The position numbers and the translations under genes are program-made. Shown here piece after piece: positions 1-8,007 of a DNA stretch of 64,000 nucleotides. The stretch is taken from positions 155,820 to 219,819 of the IMG/VR virus record IMGVR_UViG_3300018424_000006, one strand, 5' to 3'. Every line of letters begins with the position of its first letter. The first letter of the stretch is position 1. Under the pieces are notes generated by a model that had not been told where the DNA came from, did not search any database, and was given only the letters and a program-made list of their open reading frames with translations.

Positions 1-1
1 G

Positions 2-355
2 AACATAATCCGCCTCTTTGAAGTTGTTAAGCTGAATAGTTACCAATCGATTTGAGACCGATGCTAAACTATTAGCATTGATCCACGGAATGCCAATGTA
101 CACAATGGTAGTTGAATCCGTAGCCAATGCTAGATAGTTGTAAGAGGTAAAGTCATTACTAATTAATGCTTGGTCTTCTGCTGGGATAGAAGGCCAAATA
201 TTAGTATGATTTACCTGTGCATTTGAATCGGCTGGCAAGGCTCTAGGATTTACTACGCCTAGAACCTTACCTGTGAACGACTGAACGCCGCCAATCAAAC
301 CGTGAGTTGTAAACTGAATTTCGTCATCAAGGATCAAGCTTGTTTGTGAGAGCAT
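2..355 (-). CDS. Conserved phiKZ-like protein, probably virion structural (runs off the window start; absent from ORF track)
   Basis: Manual translation from ATG at 355 (GGAG upstream): MLSQTSLILDDEIQFTTHGLIGG...NHTNIWPSIP...YNYL...IVYIGIPWIN, open to position 2. The NH..I.P / IG.PWI pattern is recalled from phiKZ-like virion proteins. Confidence 0.7.
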   Translation of the reverse strand, partial: MLSQTSLILDDEIQFTTHGLIGGVQSFTGKVLGVVNPRALPADSNAQVNHTNIWPSIPAEDQALISNDFTSYNYLALATDSTTIVYIGIPWINANSLASVSNRLVTIQLNNFKEADYV

Positions 356-656
356 GAGGGATCTCCAATAGAATACTGGTTCCGCCAATTAGCTTTAGAC
401 TATCTACATCTGGCGATGTAGACAAAGAAGCTTCTTTGCGGATGTCATTTAAAATTTCCATTATAAGATCAGTCGGCTCTTCTTCAATAAGTTCACCATA
501 AACAATGGCAACCTCAAGAAGTTCTTCTGCTTTCGCATAGAGTTGTTTCCGAACTTCCTTACAAGAAGGAGTATCCGGTAAGCTTTGATTATGAAGTAGG
601 TTAATCAGTTTTAAAACCGCGTTTGACTGACAGAGTAGTACTACGGGCTTATCCAT
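327..656 (-). CDS. Hypothetical protein, GGTS-motif paralog family
   Basis: 109 aa ORF with AAGG RBS, closely packed with neighbours; C-terminal LKLIGGTSILLEI. Confidence 0.75.
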   Translation of the reverse strand: MDKPVVLLCQSNAVLKLINLLHNQSLPDTPSCKEVRKQLYAKAEELLEVAIVYGELIEEEPTDLIMEILNDIRKEASLSTSPDVDSLKLIGGTSILLEIPHALTNKLDP

Positions 657-665
657 GTACCTTAC

Positions 666-1076
666 CTATTTATAGTTGACTATACCGAAACTGGCCGACC
701 ATTGATCGATGGTGACGAGTTCAGCTTCTAAGTATTCGATACCATCTACGTTTAAATTTTTCTCGGCGAATGAGACAAGGCGATAAAATATCTCCTTAAA
801 GTAAACGTAGAAAGTGTCTTCTTCAACATGTCCTATTGATAGACGGATACCATTAATTATGTCATCCGAAAAAGAATGCTCTGCAACTGCGATATGTTGC
901 AGCATATCTATAAAATTATCTTCTACGTTATCAGGCATGTAGCCACGACTAAGTAGACGCCGTTTAGCATCGATAATTATATCTTTAATATCAATTATAA
1001 GGATCAAGGGCTGGTGTTCAGACAAGCCTGTTCGGGAGAGTACTTCTCCCTGCGGTGCTTTGAACGGGAATGGCAT
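666..1076 (-). CDS. Hypothetical protein, probable member of the same paralog family
   Basis: 136 aa ORF in a co-oriented cluster; N-terminal LIIDIK strand resembles neighbours. Confidence 0.7.
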   Translation of the reverse strand: MPFPFKAPQGEVLSRTGLSEHQPLILIIDIKDIIIDAKRRLLSRGYMPDNVEDNFIDMLQHIAVAEHSFSDDIINGIRLSIGHVEEDTFYVYFKEIFYRLVSFAEKNLNVDGIEYLEAELVTIDQWSASFGIVNYK

Positions 1077-1494
1077 TTTGCATTGCGCCTCGATTAACGT
1101 TCTGAATGAAGTCTATTGTAAAAGACGTACCTCCTACATACTTCGCCATAATGCTTAAATTGGGGCGATGAATATGGTAAATAGGTGGCAGCGCAGAAAA
1201 CTCAGTTTGCATATACGCGCCCACATCCATTATCAAAGTATACGCATGACTTTGCTGATTGGCCAGAAGGTTGCAATCTCCGCAAATATAACTTACGTCA
1301 CACTGACAAGTTTTAGGTGGTGAGTACAAGTCTAGATAGTCAGTAGAGACCATATCGTCAATGATATTTTCTAGAGTCTGGAACTGGAACACTGCTTCTA
1401 TACAATGGCAAGCTAAGGTAACGTTGTCAATAGTAGCCAACTTACCCTGCAAGATTGGAACATCGATAATGAGTCGACTGGGTAGTACGTCCAT
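1018..1494 (-). CDS. Hypothetical protein, GGTS-motif paralog family
   Basis: Start moved to ATG 1494 (AAGGAAA RBS). Has RLIIDVP, a CQCDVSYICGDC Cys cluster and AKYVGGTSFTIDF. Confidence 0.75.
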   Translation of the reverse strand: MDVLPSRLIIDVPILQGKLATIDNVTLACHCIEAVFQFQTLENIIDDMVSTDYLDLYSPPKTCQCDVSYICGDCNLLANQQSHAYTLIMDVGAYMQTEFSALPPIYHIHRPNLSIMAKYVGGTSFTIDFIQNVNRGAMQNAIPVQSTAGRSTLPNRLV

Positions 1495-1504
1495 ATCTAT
1501 TTCC

Positions 1505-1939
1505 TTATAGGTTTTCTTTGAGAAGAACCCCTTCGTTGGGACCAATCCATTGAAACTTAATTCTTTCCAATGGCCATCCTGCCGGAAGAAATACTAGTAA
1601 AGCTCTCAGCTTATCTTTAATCATTTCGCTGGCTAGATTAAAGGTTGACTCGGCATGATAGGTAGGCATACCTAACGTGACGAACATGTCGAAGTTATGC
1701 GGAGTTTTCATTAACCTCTGATAGAGATCTCTGACTCCTTCCCCATAAAGAATGCAACTGACTTCTGCGTCCAAAAACCCTCGTATATCAAAGAAGCTTA
1801 TTCCTAGATTCGAGTGGTTCTCAAGCGATTGTCGGATGTGTTCTTTGACATCAACAAAACTGATAACTTCTATTTCATTATTTTCGTTTAGGATCGGTGA
1901 ATATATTTCCCGTCCCGGTCGGTATTGAGTCGCTCCCAT
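1505..1939 (-). CDS. Hypothetical protein, probable paralog family member
   Basis: 144 aa ORF; C-terminal FQWIGPNEGVLL resembles neighbours' terminal hairpin. Confidence 0.7.
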   Translation of the reverse strand: MGATQYRPGREIYSPILNENNEIEVISFVDVKEHIRQSLENHSNLGISFFDIRGFLDAEVSCILYGEGVRDLYQRLMKTPHNFDMFVTLGMPTYHAESTFNLASEMIKDKLRALLVFLPAGWPLERIKFQWIGPNEGVLLKENL

Positions 1940-2379
1940 TCTAAAACCCTATAATCTCCAAGTGGTTCGGCTACTACGGTAGTATTCATGCATGTAACAT
2001 GAAATACCTCGAACATGTTTTCTGGGCAATAAGGTGTGACTTCCCGTAGAATGAATAGATTGATAGGGTCGTAGTAACGAACACCGTAAACCAACTCATT
2101 AACGTCTTGGTCAGTAAACGTAATAGTACTCTTCAAGGCAAACATTCTAGAGATGATATCTCGACGTACACCATGTAGTTTGTCTCCCACATTACCGCCA
2201 CCCAAATACTGGTTTAAGTCATGATGCAACGAATCTGCCACAGCAGCCGTTATTAACTCTAAACCAAATAGTTCCCAGATCTGGTGAAAGGGACTACCCT
2301 TACCATGAGACGACTCTAGAAACTCTAGAGTAGACCGCGTTATCCCCCCAATATCTATCAGGATAGTTTTATTTTGCAT
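1888..2379 (-). CDS. Hypothetical protein, probable paralog family member
   Basis: Start moved to ATG 2379 (GGAGAA RBS): MQNKTILIDIGG. Confidence 0.7.
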   Translation of the reverse strand: MQNKTILIDIGGITRSTLEFLESSHGKGSPFHQIWELFGLELITAAVADSLHHDLNQYLGGGNVGDKLHGVRRDIISRMFALKSTITFTDQDVNELVYGVRYYDPINLFILREVTPYCPENMFEVFHVTCMNTTVVAEPLGDYRVLEWERLNTDRDGKYIHRS

Positions 2380-2752
2380 ATTCTTTCTCCAAAGCTGCAA
2401 AACTGGTTCCGCCCAAATATCGAATTTCAAAGTTCTCTGGTAGGTGATGGCTAGTTGGAATACTCTCTCGTATTTCAGCAGACATTTCCGCAAGGATCTT
2501 TCGATCTAATGCTTCCAGAGGTTCGAAATCAAAAGCGGTACTTTTTGTTCCACTTAAATCACAAACTAAATACATCCCTTCTATAACCCGTCCGATCCAG
2601 AAGACGACAATATCGATAGGCTCATTACCTAACGAGTCTACAGGATGTGCATTTGGGTTGTTTGGATTTTTAATTTCAGATTTAACAATGGAAATAGCAT
2701 CATAAAAACTTTCCGGTACTGCAAAGATAGTTCCTTTAAGTCCATTAACCAT
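2369..2752 (-). CDS. Hypothetical protein, GGTS-motif paralog family
   Basis: 127 aa ORF; C-terminal IRYLGGTSFAALE. Confidence 0.75.
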   Translation of the reverse strand: MVNGLKGTIFAVPESFYDAISIVKSEIKNPNNPNAHPVDSLGNEPIDIVVFWIGRVIEGMYLVCDLSGTKSTAFDFEPLEALDRKILAEMSAEIRESIPTSHHLPENFEIRYLGGTSFAALEKEYAK

Positions 2753-2780
2753 TTTTAATAAACCCTATATTAAGAAAAAA

Positions 2781-2806
2781 ATATCGGGAGAATTAACTCC
2801 CGATAT
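2781..2806 (-). terminator. Rho-independent terminator after phuZ
   Basis: ATATCGGGAG-aattaa-CTCCCGATAT perfect 10-bp stem; the A-run to its left reads as a U-tract on the minus strand. Confidence 0.8.
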
Positions 2807-2820
2807 TTTAAGTTTTGCCT

Positions 2821-3822
2821 TTAGAAAACGAAACCGTCTTCTTCTTCACCGGCTACTTCAGTAGTCTTAGAAGCTTCTTCTACCAATGCAGATGCCGCAC
2901 GAGTAAAGTCTGCTACTTTTTCTTTTAGCTTGGCGATACGAGGCTCACGCTGAACCGCTGTAGTCGCGAAGTGTAGAGATAGCTTTTCATCTGGCATACT
3001 GTCCAGAATCTCTTTAGGGTAGTAACCTACAGTTGAGTACAACTGGCTACCAGAGATTTGCTCAGAATCTGCATTAGGAATAACCGATGCAGTACTGATC
3101 ATCTTGCCCTTTAGAGTGTCTAGACGACTGACGTCAGACGTAATAACGACATCCACTAGTTGTGGAGGTACGCTAGTTACTTTGTTATAGCAGATGAAGT
3201 TAGCAATGTCTGCACGGTCTAGCTCAAGGTGTTGTTCACCCATCAATAGAGCCATGCGAGTTGCATCGTCAAGAACGCGAGCATCAACCTTTGTACGAGT
3301 ATTGATGTTACGACTACCTTCTTCGCCATTAGTGATGTTCTCATAATAGCTAATAAGGATTGGGTTCTTGGCGGTCTTTGAAGCTAGGTTCTGAAGAGTA
3401 GCTAGAGTCTTCAAAGTGTTGTCAGTTTCTTTTGCAGAGATAGTGCTACCCACTACTAAGCAAATTGCTGGTACCTGACGACGCGCTAGTTCTGCAGCTA
3501 CTAATGGGCCAATAACAGAACCAGAACCACCAGAGGTGCTGAACAGTACAAGGTTAGTAGTACCCGGTTTGAAAGTTTTCAACATTTCAACCACTTGGTC
3601 ATATGCAGCTTGGTGAGCCACTGCACGATTCTTGCCTGCTCCAGACATACCTGCTACCACGAAGGTATTGGCATTGTCTTCTTCGGTTACGTTTGAATGG
3701 CTGGTATCCAAGAAAGTCTTTTCAACTGCTGGATAACCTACAGCGTTAGGGACAGTCAATTGCTTGGCCAAGTTAATGCCACAACCACCACAACCGTAAA
3801 TACGAAGTTTTGCTTTTTCCAT
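2821..3822 (-). CDS. phuZ: PhuZ phage tubulin/FtsZ-like GTPase
   Basis: RIYGCGGCGINL N-terminal motif, tubulin signature SGGSGSVIGP, LDRADI T7-like loop, acidic-aromatic tail EEEDGFVF; 333 aa. Confidence 0.95.
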   Translation of the reverse strand: MEKAKLRIYGCGGCGINLAKQLTVPNAVGYPAVEKTFLDTSHSNVTEEDNANTFVVAGMSGAGKNRAVAHQAAYDQVVEMLKTFKPGTTNLVLFSTSGGSGSVIGPLVAAELARRQVPAICLVVGSTISAKETDNTLKTLATLQNLASKTAKNPILISYYENITNGEEGSRNINTRTKVDARVLDDATRMALLMGEQHLELDRADIANFICYNKVTSVPPQLVDVVITSDVSRLDTLKGKMISTASVIPNADSEQISGSQLYSTVGYYPKEILDSMPDEKLSLHFATTAVQREPRIAKLKEKVADFTRAASALVEEASKTTEVAGEEEDGFVF

Positions 3823-3903
3823 AGTTCTCCCCTTTAGGAAATAAGATTAATGTATTTGGGTTTTCTTACTACCATGAGAGTTTTATTATCTCATGCCACT
3901 AAA

Positions 3904-3916
3904 GTAATATAGAATT
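3904..3916 (-). promoter_or_regulatory. phiKZ-type early promoter (TATATTAC) upstream of phuZ
   Basis: Minus strand reads AATTCTATATTAC; the same motif recurs upstream of six other minus-strand genes; TATATTAC is the described phiKZ early promoter core. Confidence 0.75.
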
Positions 3917-3995
3917 GAAATTCCCTAGAACTCCCATGAAATCAAGGGTCTAGGTATTTTTAGTTAATCCTCTGTAAAGCAATGAGGATATAAAA

Positions 3996-4778
3996 ATGAA
4001 CGCTATTGACTATGCTTTGAATAATCTTTTTCAACGTATACCTTCTGAACTAATCACTCAGGCTTTTGGTACTTCTCCTGTCTATGGTTATATTGATAAT
4101 CGTAGCTTAGAGCAGCGAGTTCGTGAAACCGTAATTGATTCTTTTGTTTCTATAGACTGCAATTTAGTAGGTGGACAACAGGTAATGCTTCCGATGAGTA
4201 CTTTGCCAGGCAAGCCTGTGGAAACTGGATGGATTTATGAAATACCTTTAGCCATGACTCAAGGAAGAAAGATTACTTCTGTATTGGGAGTAGAGTATTC
4301 GTCTGGCAATGGGAACCTTTCTAATCCTGATATGAATGCAATGGGTAGAAGTTTAATGGATATGGTAAACTTCGCTACAGGGCCTTCCGGAGGCGTCGCT
4401 AGCGGTAACGTCATGCTGGTGGGACCTAATACTGTTTTCGTTGGATCGAATATGGGAACCGGTAGCTTGTACCTGCGGTGCATGATTGCGAATGATTCAC
4501 AGATGGCTAATCTGAATCCACGTGCACTTCCTATCTTTGCTCAGTTATGTGAGTATGCTTGTAAAGGAATGATTTACAATGCATTACGAATTAAGCTTGG
4601 TGAAGGTTCGATTACGGGTGGTTCTTTAAATAGCTACTTGAATCAGATACTGGATGAATACTCTGATTCTTTTACGTTGTACAATGAACTACGTGACGGT
4701 AAGTGGAAGAAGGTTTCTATTCTTGCTGATGACTTCACTCGACGTGAGTTGACTAGAATGTCATTACCTAGAAGCTAA
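3996..4778 (+). CDS. Conserved phiKZ-like virion structural protein
   Basis: 260 aa with GAGG RBS; the MNAIDYAL...IP.ELI..AF N-terminus is recalled from conserved phiKZ-like virion proteins divergent from phuZ. Confidence 0.7.
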   Translation: MNAIDYALNNLFQRIPSELITQAFGTSPVYGYIDNRSLEQRVRETVIDSFVSIDCNLVGGQQVMLPMSTLPGKPVETGWIYEIPLAMTQGRKITSVLGVEYSSGNGNLSNPDMNAMGRSLMDMVNFATGPSGGVASGNVMLVGPNTVFVGSNMGTGSLYLRCMIANDSQMANLNPRALPIFAQLCEYACKGMIYNALRIKLGEGSITGGSLNSYLNQILDEYSDSFTLYNELRDGKWKKVSILADDFTRRELTRMSLPRS

Positions 4779-4789
4779 AAGCATATTTA

Positions 4790-4818
4790 CTCTATACCCA
4801 GCATAGCTGGGTATAGAG
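4790..4818 (+). terminator. Rho-independent terminator
   Basis: CTCTATACCCAGC-ata-GCTGGGTATAGAG 13-bp stem followed by CTTTATT. Confidence 0.8.
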
Positions 4819-4830
4819 CTTTATTCTGTT

Positions 4831-5060
4831 TTAAATTTTCTAAATGTAAATCATATAGATATTAATAATTAATTATAATATTAATTTAATATTTATTTTT
4901 ATTCTTTAAAATTACTTAAAAAATTTATTCCCTTATATTATAGACAGTAATATATTTGACGAGGAACGAGGCAAATATATATACATTTAGTAGTCAATAT
5001 CAGAACTACTAAAAATAGACCTATTTTAAGCTACTTTCTATCTTAGGATAGGAGGTAGTT
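4831..5060. other. Extremely AT-rich intergenic tract with inverted repeats
   Basis: 6 G/C in 4831-4920 and none in 4859-4903; inverted repeats at 4950-4958/4972-4980 and 5031-5042/5047-5058. Confidence 0.6.
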
Positions 5061-5133
5061 ATTATGCTGTTTAAAAATACAAATAGGTATTAGGGTATGA
5101 ATTAAACATAAACCAACCAAAAGGAATTTAGAT

Positions 5134-5700
5134 ATGAACTTCTTTAAGTTATTATGGAAACGGATAGTAATATCCATTCTAGTGGATAGACCTTTCTTTG
5201 CTTTCTCAAATGAGATAGTGGAAAGTTTCTATCGGGGTTATAAGTCAATAGGTCGTACTAGGTTTACCCAAGAGCTGGATAGGCTCTTCGTGGCAAAGAG
5301 AGCTAAGATTGATCCTAAGTACACAAGTCCTAAAGCTTTAGGTTCTTATTCAGCCTTAGAAAGATTGAAAACTTTAAACTACTGGGCTGCTTATCACACT
5401 AACCTATTTGCAGACGCATGGGCGCTTATGTCTAAAGAGCCATTGTTTTTCTCTATCTTACCTCTAAGCAAGACTCGATACGAAGACGAAGATAGTCTAC
5501 AGGACTATCTAGAAGACTCTAGAGATCTTTTTACGTTTTTGGATATAGAAGATCTATGGAGCAGTAGTCCTAGACTAGATTTATATAACCGCCTAGTCGC
5601 TTACAAGGAAGTCTATGAAGAACGTGGTCAGTTAGAATACTGGCAACGAATCTATGATATGCTAAAACCAAGATTGATTGAGGTGGGTTATGACCTATAA
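5134..5700 (+). CDS. Hypothetical protein (KR-I-x-L-x-P family)
   Basis: 188 aa with AAGGA RBS; N-terminus LLWKRIVISILVDRPF. Confidence 0.7.
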   Translation: MNFFKLLWKRIVISILVDRPFFAFSNEIVESFYRGYKSIGRTRFTQELDRLFVAKRAKIDPKYTSPKALGSYSALERLKTLNYWAAYHTNLFADAWALMSKEPLFFSILPLSKTRYEDEDSLQDYLEDSRDLFTFLDIEDLWSSSPRLDLYNRLVAYKEVYEERGQLEYWQRIYDMLKPRLIEVGYDL

Positions 5701-6247
5701 GAATTGGTTCAAACGAAAGATCCTAAGTTTCTTTCTTGATATTCCTATGGACTATGTTCCGATGCGTTATGCAGACGCAGCATTTGCACATCTGACTAAT
5801 GGTCCTTGGGAAACCAGAAAGTATCGTGCTCGGATGTATTTAGCTCAGTGTAGAAGTATTCCGTGCAAAGACTCTACCCCGGATGTACTTTATTTATATC
5901 CGTTCCATGAGGTACTTACCTATCTTGCCGATAATCAATACGACATGGAGAAGGCCAAGTTCTTATGGAAAGATAAGAACATGGCCAAACACTGGATGGA
6001 AGTCTTTAGGGTATATAAGCTAGCGGATGGTACATATTCCAATAGTAATTTTATTTCGAATTACTATCTTAAGTTGGCAGGCTATATCGATATGGGTACT
6101 CCCGGGTTTTTAGAAGCGCTGGATGACTTTATTATGAATTTGAATGTAGTAGCCTACTCTGTCCAGGATGCCGATAAACACGTTGCTCTAGTTCAGGAGA
6201 TTGAAGTTTATAAGAAGCTACAATCTAAGCTTAGGGGCGAATCATGA
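5690..6247 (+). CDS. Hypothetical protein (KR-I-x-L-x-P family)
   Basis: Start moved to ATG 5690 (GAGGTGG RBS); N-terminus WFKRKILSFFLDIPM. Confidence 0.7.
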   Translation: MTYKNWFKRKILSFFLDIPMDYVPMRYADAAFAHLTNGPWETRKYRARMYLAQCRSIPCKDSTPDVLYLYPFHEVLTYLADNQYDMEKAKFLWKDKNMAKHWMEVFRVYKLADGTYSNSNFISNYYLKLAGYIDMGTPGFLEALDDFIMNLNVVAYSVQDADKHVALVQEIEVYKKLQSKLRGES

Positions 6248-6807
6248 TCAGACTAAAGCGCTATATACTAGAGGTCGTCCTACAACGGCCTCTAGAGTCG
6301 CTCACGGATAAAAACATCCTTGAGATATGGCATTACCTTCCTGATGGCGTAAAAGGTCTTATGGGGGTTTACAGCGCCCCTAAGGAATGGATTAGGAATC
6401 TTTATTTCCTAGGACTTCTCCCTATAACGGAATTTACGATCTCTGAGATTCATGATTTCTTTATAAATCCAATGTGTGATATCCATCCAGATATTCCGGG
6501 CGAACCTATACTTCCATATTACTTATCTGAAGCAGCGAAGCATAAACGCAAAGTAGAGATCTTTAAAGACTTCTGGGAAACCTGTCCTCCAAAGACTTTA
6601 TTTGCATTCTTTATGAGTCCTCATCAAAGTACTCATAAGCTGCTGTTAGAAAATGTAATAAGGGAGACGGGTAATGGCCGCTACGATTATCAGAAGTGGC
6701 TACTGAAGTATGGGAAAGATTATAGTCATATTTTCCATCAGTTACCGATGCCTTTTATACATGTCGATTTAATAACTAAGTTGGAGTTTGATTTAAGACG
6801 TAAATAG
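6244..6807 (+). CDS. Hypothetical protein (KR-I-x-L-x-P family)
   Basis: 187 aa; ATGA overlap with the upstream stop; N-terminus RLKRYILEVVLQRPL. Confidence 0.7.
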   Translation: MIRLKRYILEVVLQRPLESLTDKNILEIWHYLPDGVKGLMGVYSAPKEWIRNLYFLGLLPITEFTISEIHDFFINPMCDIHPDIPGEPILPYYLSEAAKHKRKVEIFKDFWETCPPKTLFAFFMSPHQSTHKLLLENVIRETGNGRYDYQKWLLKYGKDYSHIFHQLPMPFIHVDLITKLEFDLRRK

Positions 6808-6865
6808 GTTGTTAATCCTATGTATTAGCTTGTTCATTAATTAACCTGAAAAAGGAGAAAAGGTT

Positions 6866-7408
6866 ATGAGCTTTAAAATCTCAATGAAAACTTTGTTTAT
6901 AAAGTTTTTACCATTAGCGTTGTTGTCTGGGTTGTCTCGACGCTTAACTGCTGCGTTGTTTATTGGTCCTCGCGGTTTTAAATTAGATAACGAAGGTCTT
7001 GATATGGCAATCGCTGCTATCAAGAAAACGCCTCTGTCAATCTTTCTGCGTCCATTTGAATTACTAGAGAAGCTTTATCTAGCTAATAAGCTAGAGGCTT
7101 CTCAATTGTTCAATGAAGAGATTGCAAACTTTACTGAAGAATCCTACATCGCCATTATTAACCGCTACCTGACTCTGAATCCAGAGCGGGCTAGAATGAT
7201 ATGGAACTGGACCTCTTTAGATCGTCAATTACATATTCTTTTGAATAGCCATTTCTTGTCTGCTAAGATCAGCAACCTTGGCGATGTAATTGCAAACGAG
7301 CCGTTGATTAAAACTGTTTGGGATGCAAACACCCCATTCAAGAAAGGTGAGCGTCAGCGTGCTAAGAACTTAATCCGCAGAATGTATCCGCATCTGGATT
7401 TGACTTAA
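6866..7408 (+). CDS. Hypothetical protein
   Basis: 180 aa with AGGAGAA RBS; helical composition. Confidence 0.75.
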   Translation: MSFKISMKTLFIKFLPLALLSGLSRRLTAALFIGPRGFKLDNEGLDMAIAAIKKTPLSIFLRPFELLEKLYLANKLEASQLFNEEIANFTEESYIAIINRYLTLNPERARMIWNWTSLDRQLHILLNSHFLSAKISNLGDVIANEPLIKTVWDANTPFKKGERQRAKNLIRRMYPHLDLT

Positions 7409-7518
7409 AATAAACAGATGACCTTATACTTTGTAATTACTATTGATCCAGTCGTTAACTTGTTTGGTAGTGGTTCTTTAAAAATTCGATTTTAAATCAA
7501 ATTTTAAATTAGCCCTTA

Positions 7519-7947
7519 GGAACAATATTGATAGTTCCGTGCCTTTTATGGTGGGCAATAAGACTAACAGTAAAGAGACTCCTGTTAACTGGTCCTCGTT
7601 TTCCCGGGTTACACTGACCGTTAGTCTTCTCCAAATTTACGTCTTCTTGTCGGATCTGCTGGGTGTCCGACATTTAGGTTGGAAAGGTATGAAGGCCGCT
7701 ATAAGCTTTAGCGTTTTTTTGCGGCTTCTCCCACTCGTGCTGCTTTGTTACTTACGCTCGTTATTGGCAACGTCCTTTTGGTTGGTTCGTCGTGCCAGAA
7801 TAAGCTATTCCGGATATTTTTCTAATGGGTTTATATCCGTGCGACTCACAGCGGCCTTTATACCGATCCTTCTCCACTTCTCCCTTACCCGCACAGACTT
7901 TGTCCTCACTGCAGTCTTCGGATTGCAGTGGGGCGTTTTCTGCCGTT
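7519..7947 (+). ncRNA. Candidate large structured non-coding RNA (family unassigned)
   Basis: No credible ORF. Multiple stems, including a 15-bp long-range helix 7686-7700/7850-7864 and a 13-bp cUUCGg hairpin 7904-7933. G-U pairs work only on the plus strand. Boundaries are approximate. Confidence 0.6.
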
Positions 7948-8007
7948 AAAAAAAAATAAAGAGGCTCCTGAGTTATTGTAATCAACCCAGCCAAGAGAAA
8001 AACTTCG

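Noticed and set aside
7519-7947. Assignment of the structured region to tRNA, tmRNA, RNase P, group II intron or retron
   Set aside because: No T-loop/CCA, no GAGGAAAGUCC P4, no domain V helix despite GTGCG at 7839, and no reverse transcriptase in the window.
7539-7994. ORFs 7539-7949 (+) and 7761-7994 (-) across the structured region
   Set aside because: GTG start or no RBS, atypical composition (Leu/Ser/Arg-rich) and no recognisable motifs; dense base pairing explains the sequence better.
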